A DNA stretch of 25,920 nucleotides from positions 1-25,920 of IMG/VR virus record IMGVR_UViG_3300008107_000370, one strand, 5' to 3'. The position numbers and the translations under genes are program-made. Numbering within the stretch: the stretch's first letter is position 1; every line of letters starts with the position of its first letter. Positions 1-8,702 of this stretch are shown piece after piece. This DNA comes from a virus. Taxonomy: Duplodnaviria; Caudoviricetes. Under the pieces are notes generated by a model. That model was given only the letters and a program-made list of their open reading frames with translations. It made no database searches and was not told the origin of the DNA.

Positions 1-1
1 A

Positions 2-181
2 GACCTTGCACGTATGGCTGCTGAAGCAAATGAAAAGAACAGTGCTATCATGTGGGATAGTATCGTTAGACATTTTCCAGAATTAGAAACAAATATTCGT
101 AGTATACAACATGGACAAGACGAGTTACAAAAGGTAAGACGCAAAGGTGGAGTTAGAAGTAGAGGAATAGACCCAATATGA
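2..181 (+). CDS. 3' end of a hypothetical protein (truncated by the window edge)
   Basis: Frame 2 is open from base 2 (DLARMAAEANEK...RGIDPI) to TGA 179-181, which overlaps the next ATG (ATGA). Confidence 0.7.
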   Translation, partial: DLARMAAEANEKNSAIMWDSIVRHFPELETNIRSIQHGQDELQKVRRKGGVRSRGIDPI

Positions 182-828
182 AAATTAAACAACTTTTAGA
201 AGGCTCAAAGCCTCAAAAAATTCCTGCAGCCAAACCACGTAATTTTGTTGCTAAAAATGCAACTACAAGCGGGGCAGGTGCTCACAAGGATAAAAAGAAA
301 GCCGCCAAACAAGGTGACGCCAAGCATAAGAATAAAGAATTTGAAATGGGAGAAAATTTCACTGATACTGTTAAAGACCTTGGTGCCAAAGTAGGAGACA
401 CTTTAGCCAATGCACTGCCAAAAGAGATGAGGCCGTTTGACCATCAGACTGCGGCAAATTTTTCATCTAACATTTCTTCAAAAGAAAAAACAACACCTAC
501 ACAAACAGCAAAAATTAAAGAAAATAGGAATCCAGACTTAATGAGTCAAACAGACTACGATCGTTATCAACAGAGTCAAATGGATAATCAAAAACGAAAT
601 TTTAAACGTGACGAAATGGAACATGAGCTCGGTCACGAAGATAGAGGAATGTATTTTGTAGTAATTGCTAAAAATGGCAAGTGGGAATACACAAAAGTAC
701 AGCCTAGACAAGAAGGCATGAATGCCGCGCAACGTGTAATTAATGCGTTACATGCCAAATATCCAAGTATGCACTTAGGTATGATGGGACCAGACGGCAA
801 AGTATATAATTATGGTAAAGGCAAGTAA
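178..828 (+). CDS. Hypothetical protein, possible internal head protein
   Basis: 216-aa ORF; N-terminus MKIKQLLE resembles those at 1597 and 3295; Lys/Ala-rich and low complexity. Confidence 0.7.
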   Translation: MKIKQLLEGSKPQKIPAAKPRNFVAKNATTSGAGAHKDKKKAAKQGDAKHKNKEFEMGENFTDTVKDLGAKVGDTLANALPKEMRPFDHQTAANFSSNISSKEKTTPTQTAKIKENRNPDLMSQTDYDRYQQSQMDNQKRNFKRDEMEHELGHEDRGMYFVVIAKNGKWEYTKVQPRQEGMNAAQRVINALHAKYPSMHLGMMGPDGKVYNYGKGK

Positions 829-829
829 A

Positions 830-1264
830 ATGGACAAATATCATTTAGCACTTAAAACAGCATTTGCAAGTGAATACGCTTTTTTTATCAAAGCACAAAA
901 TTTTCACTGGAACGTAGAAGGAATGTTCTTTGAACAGTTTCATTCCTTATTTGGAAAAATTTACGAAGAAGTCTATGACAGTATTGACGACTTTGCAGAA
1001 AATTTACGCAAAGTTAATGCTTACGCACCTGCTAGTTTTAGAAGATTCAGTATGCTCAGCGAAATAGATGACGAAACACAAATTTTAGAAGCATCAAGTA
1101 TGTGTGCTACTCTTTTAGCTGACAGTGAAAAAATGGAAGAGATTTTTAAAATCACTTATCAAATGGCAGAGGATAATAGAGATTTTGGCCTAGCTAACTT
1201 CTTAGCAGAGCGTCAAGACGCACATGCCAAACATAGTTGGATGTTAAGAGCTACTTTAAAATGA
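830..1264 (+). CDS. dps: Dps/ferritin-like DNA-protecting protein
   Basis: Dps signature NFHWNVEG...FHSLF...IDDFAENLR and C-terminal KHSWML; likely start is ATG 830 just after the upstream stop; 144 aa. Confidence 0.9.
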   Translation: MDKYHLALKTAFASEYAFFIKAQNFHWNVEGMFFEQFHSLFGKIYEEVYDSIDDFAENLRKVNAYAPASFRRFSMLSEIDDETQILEASSMCATLLADSEKMEEIFKITYQMAEDNRDFGLANFLAERQDAHAKHSWMLRATLK

Positions 1265-1600
1265 AACAGTACAGAGTCACTTCAGAAAATATAAATCTCA
1301 GTAGCGATGATGATTGCTATTTAGATCCAAAATATAAATCTCAGTAGCGATGATGATTGCTATTTAGATCCTAACGATCCTGTAAATGAAATCAAGATAT
1401 TACAGCATCTAGGTGGTATTAATTCTGTAAGTAGACTACAAGAATATCGCTTATCTCAACAAGGAAGTAATATTAGTACTACTGCTAATGAAAATGCAGA
1501 GTTAATGAAAAAACACAATATTAAACCTGGAACACCCGAGTGGTTCCAGCTTTGGTTTAGTTTACCATATATGACTGGTGAAAAGAAGGTTGAAAAATGA
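1261..1600 (+). pseudogene. Frameshifted small hypothetical gene (98 aa if one repeat copy is removed)
   Basis: ATG 1261 overlaps the dps stop and TGA 1598-1600 overlaps the next ATG. As given, the frame stops at TAG 1345-1347. Removing one 43-bp copy gives MKQYRVTSENINLSSDDDCYLDPNDPVNEIK...IKPGTPEWFQLWFSLPYMTGEKKVEK. Confidence 0.8.
1286..1371. repeat. Exact 43-bp tandem duplication
   Basis: AAAATATAAATCTCAGTAGCGATGATGATTGCTATTTAGATCC at 1286-1328 and again at 1329-1371. Confidence 0.97.
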
Positions 1601-2661
1601 AAATACAAGATTTATTAGAGTTTGCTCCAACTGTGGATAAAGAATCACCACTGGGGAAAGTATTAGGAAATCCTGATGTTCAAAACACTATTGACAAAAT
1701 AGGTAATTCATTTTCTAATATGTTCAAATCATCAGTTGAGAAAGGCAATGACACTGAACCTAAAAATACCGATAAGAAAATTTCAAAAAGTAAATCAGGT
1801 AGATCAGTAGATATTTCAGATATGGAACCAGAATTTGAAAAACAAGGAATTACGGATCCATATTTAAAAAAAGCACTAATGGGGAAATTTCATCAAGAAG
1901 CTGGAGCAAAATTAGGTACTACTGAAATTCCATTTAAAAACACACCTAATGACCGAATAAGAACTGTACTTCCACAACTAGCACGTATGAGTGATGCTGA
2001 ATTGAACGCATTAAAATCTGATGATAGAGCATTCTTTAATCGAGCCTACGGAGGTGTTATAGGCAACAGAGATCCAGATGATGGTTGGAAATATAGGGGC
2101 CGAGGATTAACTGGGTTAACTGGTAAACAAAATTATGCTGATGCAGACGCGGCATTAGGGTTAAAAGGAGAACTTGTTAAAAATCCTGATCTATTATTAG
2201 ATCCTGAAATAGACAAAAAGGCAGCAGTATGGTATTATAAACGTGCTGGCGGTGATAGACTAAGATTTAATAACCAAGAAGAAGCTAACATGTGGGCTAT
2301 ACACAAAGCAGGTGGTAAAGCGTATGCTCCTGGAACTAAATTAGGAAATGTAGCTCTAGCTGATCTTAATAATAAAACTGGAAATATGACCAGTGGTACT
2401 GGCACCAGTGTTGCTAGAGGCGACAATAATACTGGCAAAATATTTGCAGGTGGTGCATTGTTGGCTAAGGCAGATGAATTAATAAAAAAATATAAAACAG
2501 AGTTACCTAAATTTATGTCTTCAATCAGTGACATATCTAGTGATGAAGAAGAAGTTGCATTGATCATTAATGGTAAGAAAAAGAAATTTAAGAATAAAAA
2601 AGAAGCTGAACTAGCAATGAAGTTGGCTAAGGATCAAGGACTTACAGTAGACTATGCGTAA
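1597..2661 (+). CDS. Glycoside hydrolase family 19 (chitinase-like) peptidoglycan hydrolase, possibly virion-associated
   Basis: GH19-like segments FHQEAG, YGGVIGNRDPDDGWKYRGRGLTGLTGKQNY and LVKNPDLL; N-terminus MKIQDLLE. Confidence 0.8.
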   Translation: MKIQDLLEFAPTVDKESPLGKVLGNPDVQNTIDKIGNSFSNMFKSSVEKGNDTEPKNTDKKISKSKSGRSVDISDMEPEFEKQGITDPYLKKALMGKFHQEAGAKLGTTEIPFKNTPNDRIRTVLPQLARMSDAELNALKSDDRAFFNRAYGGVIGNRDPDDGWKYRGRGLTGLTGKQNYADADAALGLKGELVKNPDLLLDPEIDKKAAVWYYKRAGGDRLRFNNQEEANMWAIHKAGGKAYAPGTKLGNVALADLNNKTGNMTSGTGTSVARGDNNTGKIFAGGALLAKADELIKKYKTELPKFMSSISDISSDEEEVALIINGKKKKFKNKKEAELAMKLAKDQGLTVDYA

Positions 2662-3298
2662 ACCAGAAGTTTATTTAGACATGGATGGTGTCATAGCAGA
2701 CTTTTTTACAGAGTATGCTAAACTTGCCGGCATTGAAAATGGCAACTATAGAGATATTCCTCCAGCAAAAACTGATCCAACATTGAACAAAATGATTGGA
2801 ACAGACTTCTTTGCTAGACTTCCAAAATGTCCTAATGCAGATGCACTAGTAGATATGATAATGAAAACTTTTGGATACTATCATATCTGTTCAAGTCCTC
2901 TTAGAGGAGACTTTGAAAACAGTGAAAAACAAAAGAAAATTTGGTTAAAGAAGAATCTAAGGCATCAACCAACTGATGTTATCATCACACCTAATAAAGC
3001 CAAATATGCTGTTCAATTAGACGGAACTCCTAATATACTAATAGATGATAGAGGTAGTAATATCAGTGCTTGGGAAGCAAAAGGTGGCATTGGTATCAAA
3101 TATCAAGCAGATGAAGATAGTCTACAAGTTGTCATTGACGGGATAAAAAGAGCTTTTCAAGTAATTAAAGGTGAACAAAAACACGAACCGCAAAAACTAC
3201 AAAGTTTAGATAGAAGTAGCGGTAACTTAATTGCAAAAAGTGGTGATGATGAAGAACACAGTTCTAGTTCTAAGATACCAGGTAAGGAACAACAATGA
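2654..3298 (+). CDS. 5'(3')-deoxyribonucleotidase, NT5C-like HAD family
   Basis: HAD motif I YLDMDGVIADF, ICSSP, NKAKYA, ILIDDR and WEAKGGIGI. Confidence 0.85.
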   Translation: MRKPEVYLDMDGVIADFFTEYAKLAGIENGNYRDIPPAKTDPTLNKMIGTDFFARLPKCPNADALVDMIMKTFGYYHICSSPLRGDFENSEKQKKIWLKKNLRHQPTDVIITPNKAKYAVQLDGTPNILIDDRGSNISAWEAKGGIGIKYQADEDSLQVVIDGIKRAFQVIKGEQKHEPQKLQSLDRSSGNLIAKSGDDEEHSSSSKIPGKEQQ

Positions 3299-4107
3299 AA
3301 ATTTCAGAATTATTAACAGAAGCCGATATGCCTGAATCTCTAAAGGACATGCCTGTGATAACTTTTGGTGATCACAAACTAACTGCTGGTGATGTTGCAG
3401 ACGTATTACCAGGCGTTGAACCAGAAGATGTAATTGAGCAGGGAAAACATTTAAGAGATTTTCTTTCAACAAAAATCAAAGGCGATTATACAAGAGCAGA
3501 TGCATTGATTGATATAGCAACTTTTTATCCAGCTTTTAGAATCAGCAAGTGGGCACTGGCGGCACGTGGCGGTGCTGGAGCTGTTGGTAAAGAAGTTGCC
3601 AAAGGAGCTTTAAGAAGAGAAGTTGGTCAACAGGTTCAACAAAGAGCAGAAATACTGCCTTCAGTGAAAGACTCTAAAAAATCGGGTGCAGGCGGGGTTT
3701 CACCAATAGCTACCAAAATAACATCACCATCTAGAAAAAGAAAATATAAAGTAGGCGATCAAGTTTCGGTTGAAGTCAAAGGTAGACAGGAAGTGGGCGT
3801 TGTGTCCAATGTGTTGCCCAAAGGCTATGAAGTTGATATTAGTCACGTAAAAGATGCTCCGTCAAAATCAGTTAATATCCCTGAACCTATGTTTGAAGAG
3901 GCCAGCGCAGGTGCTACTTCTGCTGGTAATATTGCCAGTACAGGAAATAGTCCTCACATAGCCGCAGGAACTCCAGCTGTTTTAAAACGTTGGAGCGGAG
4001 AACCTGGAAAAATGGGTAAAAGTATTAAGCCTCCCAAAGCAGAACCTCAAGATTCTGACGATAATCCTGTGACAAATCCCAAAGTTGGCAACAACTTAAT
4101 TTCGTAA
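3295..4107 (+). CDS. Hypothetical protein, possible internal head protein
   Basis: 270-aa ORF coupled to the upstream gene by ATGA; N-terminus MKISELLTE. Confidence 0.7.
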   Translation: MKISELLTEADMPESLKDMPVITFGDHKLTAGDVADVLPGVEPEDVIEQGKHLRDFLSTKIKGDYTRADALIDIATFYPAFRISKWALAARGGAGAVGKEVAKGALRREVGQQVQQRAEILPSVKDSKKSGAGGVSPIATKITSPSRKRKYKVGDQVSVEVKGRQEVGVVSNVLPKGYEVDISHVKDAPSKSVNIPEPMFEEASAGATSAGNIASTGNSPHIAAGTPAVLKRWSGEPGKMGKSIKPPKAEPQDSDDNPVTNPKVGNNLIS

Positions 4108-4113
4108 TAAATA
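4107..4113 (+). promoter_or_regulatory. Putative T4-like late promoter element
   Basis: ATAAATA (T4 late consensus TATAAATA) in the short gap before a GGAGA RBS and ATG 4132. Confidence 0.45.
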
Positions 4114-4131
4114 TAGTATCGGAGAATAACA

Positions 4132-5190
4132 ATGCCAGCAAAGAGTAAAGCACAACAAAAATTTATGGGTATGGTACACGCTGCCAAAAAAGGTGAAAAG
4201 CCAGCCAGCAAAGAAGTTGCCAAAGCCGCTAAAGGTATGAGCGGTAAGGCAGCTAAAGATTTTGCTGGCACTAAGCACAAAGGTTTGCCAGAAAAAGTTA
4301 AAAAGAGCAAAACTGAAGAATCTCTTCTAAATGATTTTGAACAAGCCATTTCAGAAGTTACTGTTACTTCAGGTCCAAACAAAGGCAAGCAATGGAGTCC
4401 AAAAACTCCTGGACCAACAAATAAAAATTACAAAGAAATTGATGGCAATATTCCAAGTCCACCAGACGGAGCAACTGCACCTCCTCCAGGATATAAACCA
4501 CCAAAAGGAAGTTTGGGCGGACCAAAAGGTGATAGATCTGTTGGAACTTCAATGAAAAAAGCAGAAGTAACTACGTCTGATGATGCTGAAATGACTGCCG
4601 AAGCAAAACAAACATATGGTGGTAAAGGAAAACAAATGACCAAATCTGAACACGATGCTGATGTGAAGAAAAAGAAAGAAAAAGAAAAAATGAAAAAAAT
4701 GGCTGAAGCATTTATTCAAATTGGCCGTTTAGAACAAATGATCTTTGAAGCTAAGAAAAAAGGCGATGGCAACTTAGCCAATAATGCCAAGCCATATGAC
4801 AAAGTTACACGTGGTGATGTTATTGCTGGTCGTTTAGGCAAAGATGAAATGGGTGGTAAGAAAAAGAAAAATTCAAAAACCACTGAAACATTTATGCCAA
4901 AAAAACCAAAAACAGAAGTACCACAGCCAACTGACATAGTAAAAGATGTAGTTAAAAAAGCAACTGATAAATTTATAAAACCAAAAGCTCCAAGTAATCT
5001 TCCAAAAGCTGACACGAAAGCTGACGTGCCGACCGATAATAAAACAAGCAAGGACGCTTGGGGACCTTCAGATATAGCAGATGTAAATGAAGGATGGACT
5101 CATGACAGTTTAGCCGCACAACTTTTTGAAAGTGGTGACGAATACATGGTATCGTTGCATAATCGATTGGCAAAACAACTAAAAGGTTAA
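4132..5190 (+). CDS. Lys-rich hypothetical protein with a DUF3008-like N-terminus
   Basis: MPAKSKAQQKFMG...DFAGTKHKGLPEKV resembles DUF3008; GGAGA RBS; 352 aa. Confidence 0.7.
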   Translation: MPAKSKAQQKFMGMVHAAKKGEKPASKEVAKAAKGMSGKAAKDFAGTKHKGLPEKVKKSKTEESLLNDFEQAISEVTVTSGPNKGKQWSPKTPGPTNKNYKEIDGNIPSPPDGATAPPPGYKPPKGSLGGPKGDRSVGTSMKKAEVTTSDDAEMTAEAKQTYGGKGKQMTKSEHDADVKKKKEKEKMKKMAEAFIQIGRLEQMIFEAKKKGDGNLANNAKPYDKVTRGDVIAGRLGKDEMGGKKKKNSKTTETFMPKKPKTEVPQPTDIVKDVVKKATDKFIKPKAPSNLPKADTKADVPTDNKTSKDAWGPSDIADVNEGWTHDSLAAQLFESGDEYMVSLHNRLAKQLKG

Positions 5191-5198
5191 ACCAATAT

Positions 5199-5221
5199 AA
5201 CAGGGCACTAGTTGCCCTGTT
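5199..5221 (+). terminator. Probable intrinsic terminator hairpin
   Basis: AACAGGGCA-CTAGT-TGCCCTGTT 9-bp stem just after the stop at 5190; the U-tract is weak. Confidence 0.65.
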
Positions 5222-5236
5222 CTTACGACTTGAGTG

Positions 5237-5265
5237 TTGACTTTGTATAACTACTCTGCTATAAT
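5237..5265 (+). promoter_or_regulatory. Sigma70-type promoter
   Basis: TTGACT (5237-5242), 17-bp spacer, TATAAT (5260-5265) with an extended -10 TG. Confidence 0.85.
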
Positions 5266-5291
5266 AACAAATATAACTATTAGGAGTAATT

Positions 5292-5624
5292 ATGTCACGA
5301 GTATTTGGAGCTGCCGAACAAACTAAACTGAAACAACTGGTAAAAGATGGTTGGCAGGTTATGGACGAAATTAAAAGTCTACAAGAAGGTCTTAATGAAA
5401 CAATCAAAGCAGTAGCAGAAGAACTAGATGTCAAGCCTAGTGTTATTAAAAAAGCAATCCGTACAGCAATGAAAGATGACTGGGAACAAACTGCCAAAGA
5501 CTTTAGTGATTTGGAAGATATTGTTCATACCACAGGTCACGCTGGTCCATGGAATCAACCTGCAACAAAAACAGTAGTAACAACACAAGGCACAAATGAT
5601 TCAGACGATTCAGCACCATTTTAA
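5292..5624 (+). CDS. Small helical protein, possibly a T4 DsbA/GapR-like dsDNA-binding protein
   Basis: AGGAG RBS; coiled-coil pattern EIKSLQEGLNETIKAVAEELDVKPSVIKKAIR resembles DsbA/DUF2312. Family call is tentative. Confidence 0.55.
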   Translation: MSRVFGAAEQTKLKQLVKDGWQVMDEIKSLQEGLNETIKAVAEELDVKPSVIKKAIRTAMKDDWEQTAKDFSDLEDIVHTTGHAGPWNQPATKTVVTTQGTNDSDDSAPF

Positions 5625-5898
5625 TTTAACACAAAAATGGGTCAAAGCTGATTGGAACGCTAATCCTTGGCGCTTAATGGCGGAAACTTACAATGCCTTT
5701 ACTGCATTGGCCACTGCTGTTATTTTTGCCTTAATGGCGCCAAATGTTCCTTATGAAATAACATATCCACTTTGGCTTAGTGGAACATTTTTAATGATAT
5801 TCTGCGGTATAAGCCGAGGAAGTTTTGGCATGGTAGTAATGAGTGTAGTTATGACAATAATAGACACTTATGGCTATATTAGATTTCTACTACAATAA
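5596..5898 (+). CDS. Small membrane protein (about 3 TM segments)
   Basis: Hydrophobic stretches AFTALATAVIFALMA, YPLWLSGTFLMIFCGI and FGMVVMSVVMTII. Confidence 0.7.
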   Translation: MIQTIQHHFNLTQKWVKADWNANPWRLMAETYNAFTALATAVIFALMAPNVPYEITYPLWLSGTFLMIFCGISRGSFGMVVMSVVMTIIDTYGYIRFLLQ

Positions 5899-5912
5899 AT
5901 ACTTATGAGTAA

Positions 5913-5963
5913 GGTTGATCCAGCCATAATTGGATATATTGGTTTGCAAGCCGTAAGTTGCAA
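5913..5963 (+). promoter_or_regulatory. Tandem structured RNA elements in the DNA polymerase leader (candidate translational operator)
   Basis: GGTTG-ATCCA-GCCATAAT-TGGAT and GGT-TTGCAA-GCCGTAAG-TTGCAA; the second abuts the GGAGA RBS. Confidence 0.55.
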
Positions 5964-5972
5964 GGAGAAAAA

Positions 5973-8648
5973 ATGAGTTATGTTGACGCGATGTGGGATC
6001 GCGACAAGGACGTTGTTCACGTTGTTGAGCGTGACGAAAAAGGTGTAAGACGTTTTGTTGATTATCCTGTAAAATATACATTTTATTACCCAGACAACAA
6101 GGGTAAATTTCATAGCATATTTGGTGAGTCATTATCCAAAGTCACTGCTAGAAGTTTTAAAGAATTTACAAAAGAACAAAAAATACATAGCAATCATACA
6201 TTGTATGAAAGCGACATCAATCCAGTGTTCCGTGTTTTAGAGGAACACTATCTAGGCCAAGAGCCGCCAAAACTACACGTTGCATTTTTTGATATTGAGG
6301 TGGACTTTGATCCAGAACGTGGCTACGCTAGTCCAGACGATGCGTTTATGCCAATTACTGCGATTGCTGTTCACCTACAATGGTTAGACACATTAGTTTG
6401 TTTAGCGTTGCCCCCAAAGACTTTAACAATGGAACAGGCAAAAGAACAAATTGCAGAATTTCCAAATACAATACTATTTGAAACTGAAGCAGAACTATTA
6501 GACACGTTTCTAACACTAATTGAAGATGCAGATGTATTAACTGGTTGGAACTCAGAAGGTTTTGATATCCCTTACACAGTCAATAGAGTTGTCAAAGTAC
6601 TGAGTAAAGAAGATACTAAAAGATTTTGTTTATTTGATCAGTATCCTAAAAAAAGAGAATACGAAAAATTTGGTCGCACAGCAATTACATATGACTTAGT
6701 TGGTCGAGTGCATTTGGACAGTCTCGAAGTTTACAGGAAATACAAGTATGAAGAAATGCACAGCTATCGACTAGATGTAATTGGCGAGTTAGAAGTTGGT
6801 GAGAAGAAAACTCAATATGAAGGAACGCTAGACCAACTATACAATAAAGACTTTAAAACATTTATTGAGTATAATAGACAAGACTGTGCATTGCTTGATA
6901 AAATGGATAGAAAGTTAAAGTTTTTAGACCTTGCTAACGTGTTGGCACACGGTAATACTGTATTGCTACAAACAACAATGGGTGCTGTGGCTATGACAGA
7001 ACAGGCCATTATTAACGAAGCACATCAACATGGTCTTATTGTTCCAAGTCGTACACGTAAAGCAGAGCAAGGTGATACTGCGGCTGCTGGTGCGTATGTA
7101 GCATTTCCTAAAAAGGGCTTGCATGATTGGATTGGCGCAATTGACATTAACTCGCTGTATCCTAGTGCGATTCGTGCGCTTAACATGGGACCAGAAACTA
7201 TTGTTGGTCAGTTGCGTCAAACTAAAACTATGGAATTTATTGAATCACAAATGACATTGCATAAAAAATCATTTGCTGGTTCATGGGAGGACAAGTTTGG
7301 CACTATTGAATACGAAGCAGTTATTAACCAAGACAAAGCTGAGGAAATTACAATTGACTGGGAAAACGGTGAAGTAAGTGTTCATAGTGGTGCCGAGATT
7401 TATGAAATGATTTTTAATAGTCATAAGCCATGGATCCTAAGTGCTAACGGTACTATTTTTACTTACGAAAAAGAAGGTATTATTCCAGGCTTGCTCAAAC
7501 GTTGGTACAGTGAACGTAAAGATATGCAGAAGAAAAGCAAGGAAGCAGAAAAAGCAGGCAATGCTGTTGAATCTGAATATTGGGATAAAAGGCAAATGGT
7601 GCGTAAAATTAATTTGAACTCACTATATGGAGCGTTGTTAAATCCTGGTTGCCGTTTCTTTGATAAGCGTATTGGTCAATCTACTACGCTAGTAGGTCGT
7701 CAAGTTGCACGTCACATGGCTAGTAAGATCAATGAAATTGTTTGTGGCACATATGACTACAAAGGTAAAAGTATCATTTACGGTGACACTGACTCATGTT
7801 ATTTTAGTGCTTGGAGCACTTTAAAAAACGAAGTTGAAAAAGGTAATTTGCCTTGGGATAAAGATACTGTAGTTTCACTGTATGATCAAATTGCAGAGGA
7901 AGTTAACCAAAGTTTTCCACAGTTTATGTTGGATTACTTTCATGTTCCAAAGTCACGTGGCGAAGTTATCAAAGGCGGTCGAGAACTAGTTGCTATTAAA
8001 GGTTTGTTTATTACTAAAAAGCGTTATGCAGTTCTTATCTATGATAAAGAAGGCAAGCGTATTGATGTAGATGGTAAGCCTGGTAAAATTAAGGCAATGG
8101 GTTTAGATCTCAAACGCAGTGATACACCAGAATATATGCAAGATTTTTTAGAAGAAATTTTGTTAGACGTTCTTCAAGGTAAACAAGAACAATTTGTATT
8201 AGATAAAATTATTGAGTTTAGAAGAGAGTGGAAAACTAGATCAGGCTGGGAAAAAGGAAGTCCTAGACGTGCTAATAATATCACTGACTATGCCGAGCAG
8301 GAACGTAAGCAAGGCAAAGCCAATATGCCAGGACATGTACGTGCATCAATTAACTATAACAGATTGCGCGAACTAAACGGCGACAAATATTCTATGCAGA
8401 TTGTTGATGGTATGAAGGTATATGTTTGTAAACTGAAAAACAATGCGTTAGGTTATACCAGTGTTGCTTATCCAGTTGATGAACTAAAAATTCCCAAGTG
8501 GTTTCAAGAACTTCCCTTTGATGATTCTGCTATGGAACAGACTATTATCGATAATAAGATTGACAACCTCATTGGTATTCTCGAATGGGATATTGAAAGT
8601 ACCACTGACAGCGGTAGTACATTCAATAAATTATTTGATTTTGAGTGA
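5973..8648 (+). CDS. Family B DNA polymerase with 3'-5' exonuclease (gp43-like)
   Basis: Exo motifs FFDIEVD, GWNSEGFDIPY and YNRQD; polymerase motifs DINSLYPS, KINLNSLYG, YGDTDS and KKRY; start ATG 5973 after AAGGAGA. Confidence 0.98.
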   Translation: MSYVDAMWDRDKDVVHVVERDEKGVRRFVDYPVKYTFYYPDNKGKFHSIFGESLSKVTARSFKEFTKEQKIHSNHTLYESDINPVFRVLEEHYLGQEPPKLHVAFFDIEVDFDPERGYASPDDAFMPITAIAVHLQWLDTLVCLALPPKTLTMEQAKEQIAEFPNTILFETEAELLDTFLTLIEDADVLTGWNSEGFDIPYTVNRVVKVLSKEDTKRFCLFDQYPKKREYEKFGRTAITYDLVGRVHLDSLEVYRKYKYEEMHSYRLDVIGELEVGEKKTQYEGTLDQLYNKDFKTFIEYNRQDCALLDKMDRKLKFLDLANVLAHGNTVLLQTTMGAVAMTEQAIINEAHQHGLIVPSRTRKAEQGDTAAAGAYVAFPKKGLHDWIGAIDINSLYPSAIRALNMGPETIVGQLRQTKTMEFIESQMTLHKKSFAGSWEDKFGTIEYEAVINQDKAEEITIDWENGEVSVHSGAEIYEMIFNSHKPWILSANGTIFTYEKEGIIPGLLKRWYSERKDMQKKSKEAEKAGNAVESEYWDKRQMVRKINLNSLYGALLNPGCRFFDKRIGQSTTLVGRQVARHMASKINEIVCGTYDYKGKSIIYGDTDSCYFSAWSTLKNEVEKGNLPWDKDTVVSLYDQIAEEVNQSFPQFMLDYFHVPKSRGEVIKGGRELVAIKGLFITKKRYAVLIYDKEGKRIDVDGKPGKIKAMGLDLKRSDTPEYMQDFLEEILLDVLQGKQEQFVLDKIIEFRREWKTRSGWEKGSPRRANNITDYAEQERKQGKANMPGHVRASINYNRLRELNGDKYSMQIVDGMKVYVCKLKNNALGYTSVAYPVDELKIPKWFQELPFDDSAMEQTIIDNKIDNLIGILEWDIESTTDSGSTFNKLFDFE

Positions 8649-8655
8649 TCTAAAG

Positions 8656-8684
8656 TTGACTTTGATCCTAAATAATATTAAACT
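8656..8684 (+). promoter_or_regulatory. Sigma70-type promoter with a late-like CTAAATA in the spacer
   Basis: TTGACT-TTGATCCTAAATAATAT-TAAACT (17-bp spacer), followed by an AGGAG RBS. Confidence 0.7.
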
Positions 8685-8702
8685 TAACTACAGGAGATTA
8701 TA

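Noticed and set aside
1286-1371. 43-bp repeat as a CRISPR or mini-array
   Set aside because: There are only two directly abutting copies with no spacer, inside a coding sequence, and no cas genes.
5596-5898. Holin or preQ0/preQ1 transporter (YhhQ/QueT)
   Set aside because: Only hydrophobicity supports it; it is short for those transporters and not adjacent to a lysin.
5913-5963. preQ1-I riboswitch
   Set aside because: It lacks the 5-bp P1 stem with the conserved loop and A-rich tail, and it precedes the polymerase rather than que genes.
5973-8648. Intein or intron in the DNA polymerase
   Set aside because: The ORF is continuous at about 890 aa; the extra segment after DINSLYPS shows no intein terminal motifs or LAGLIDADG signature.
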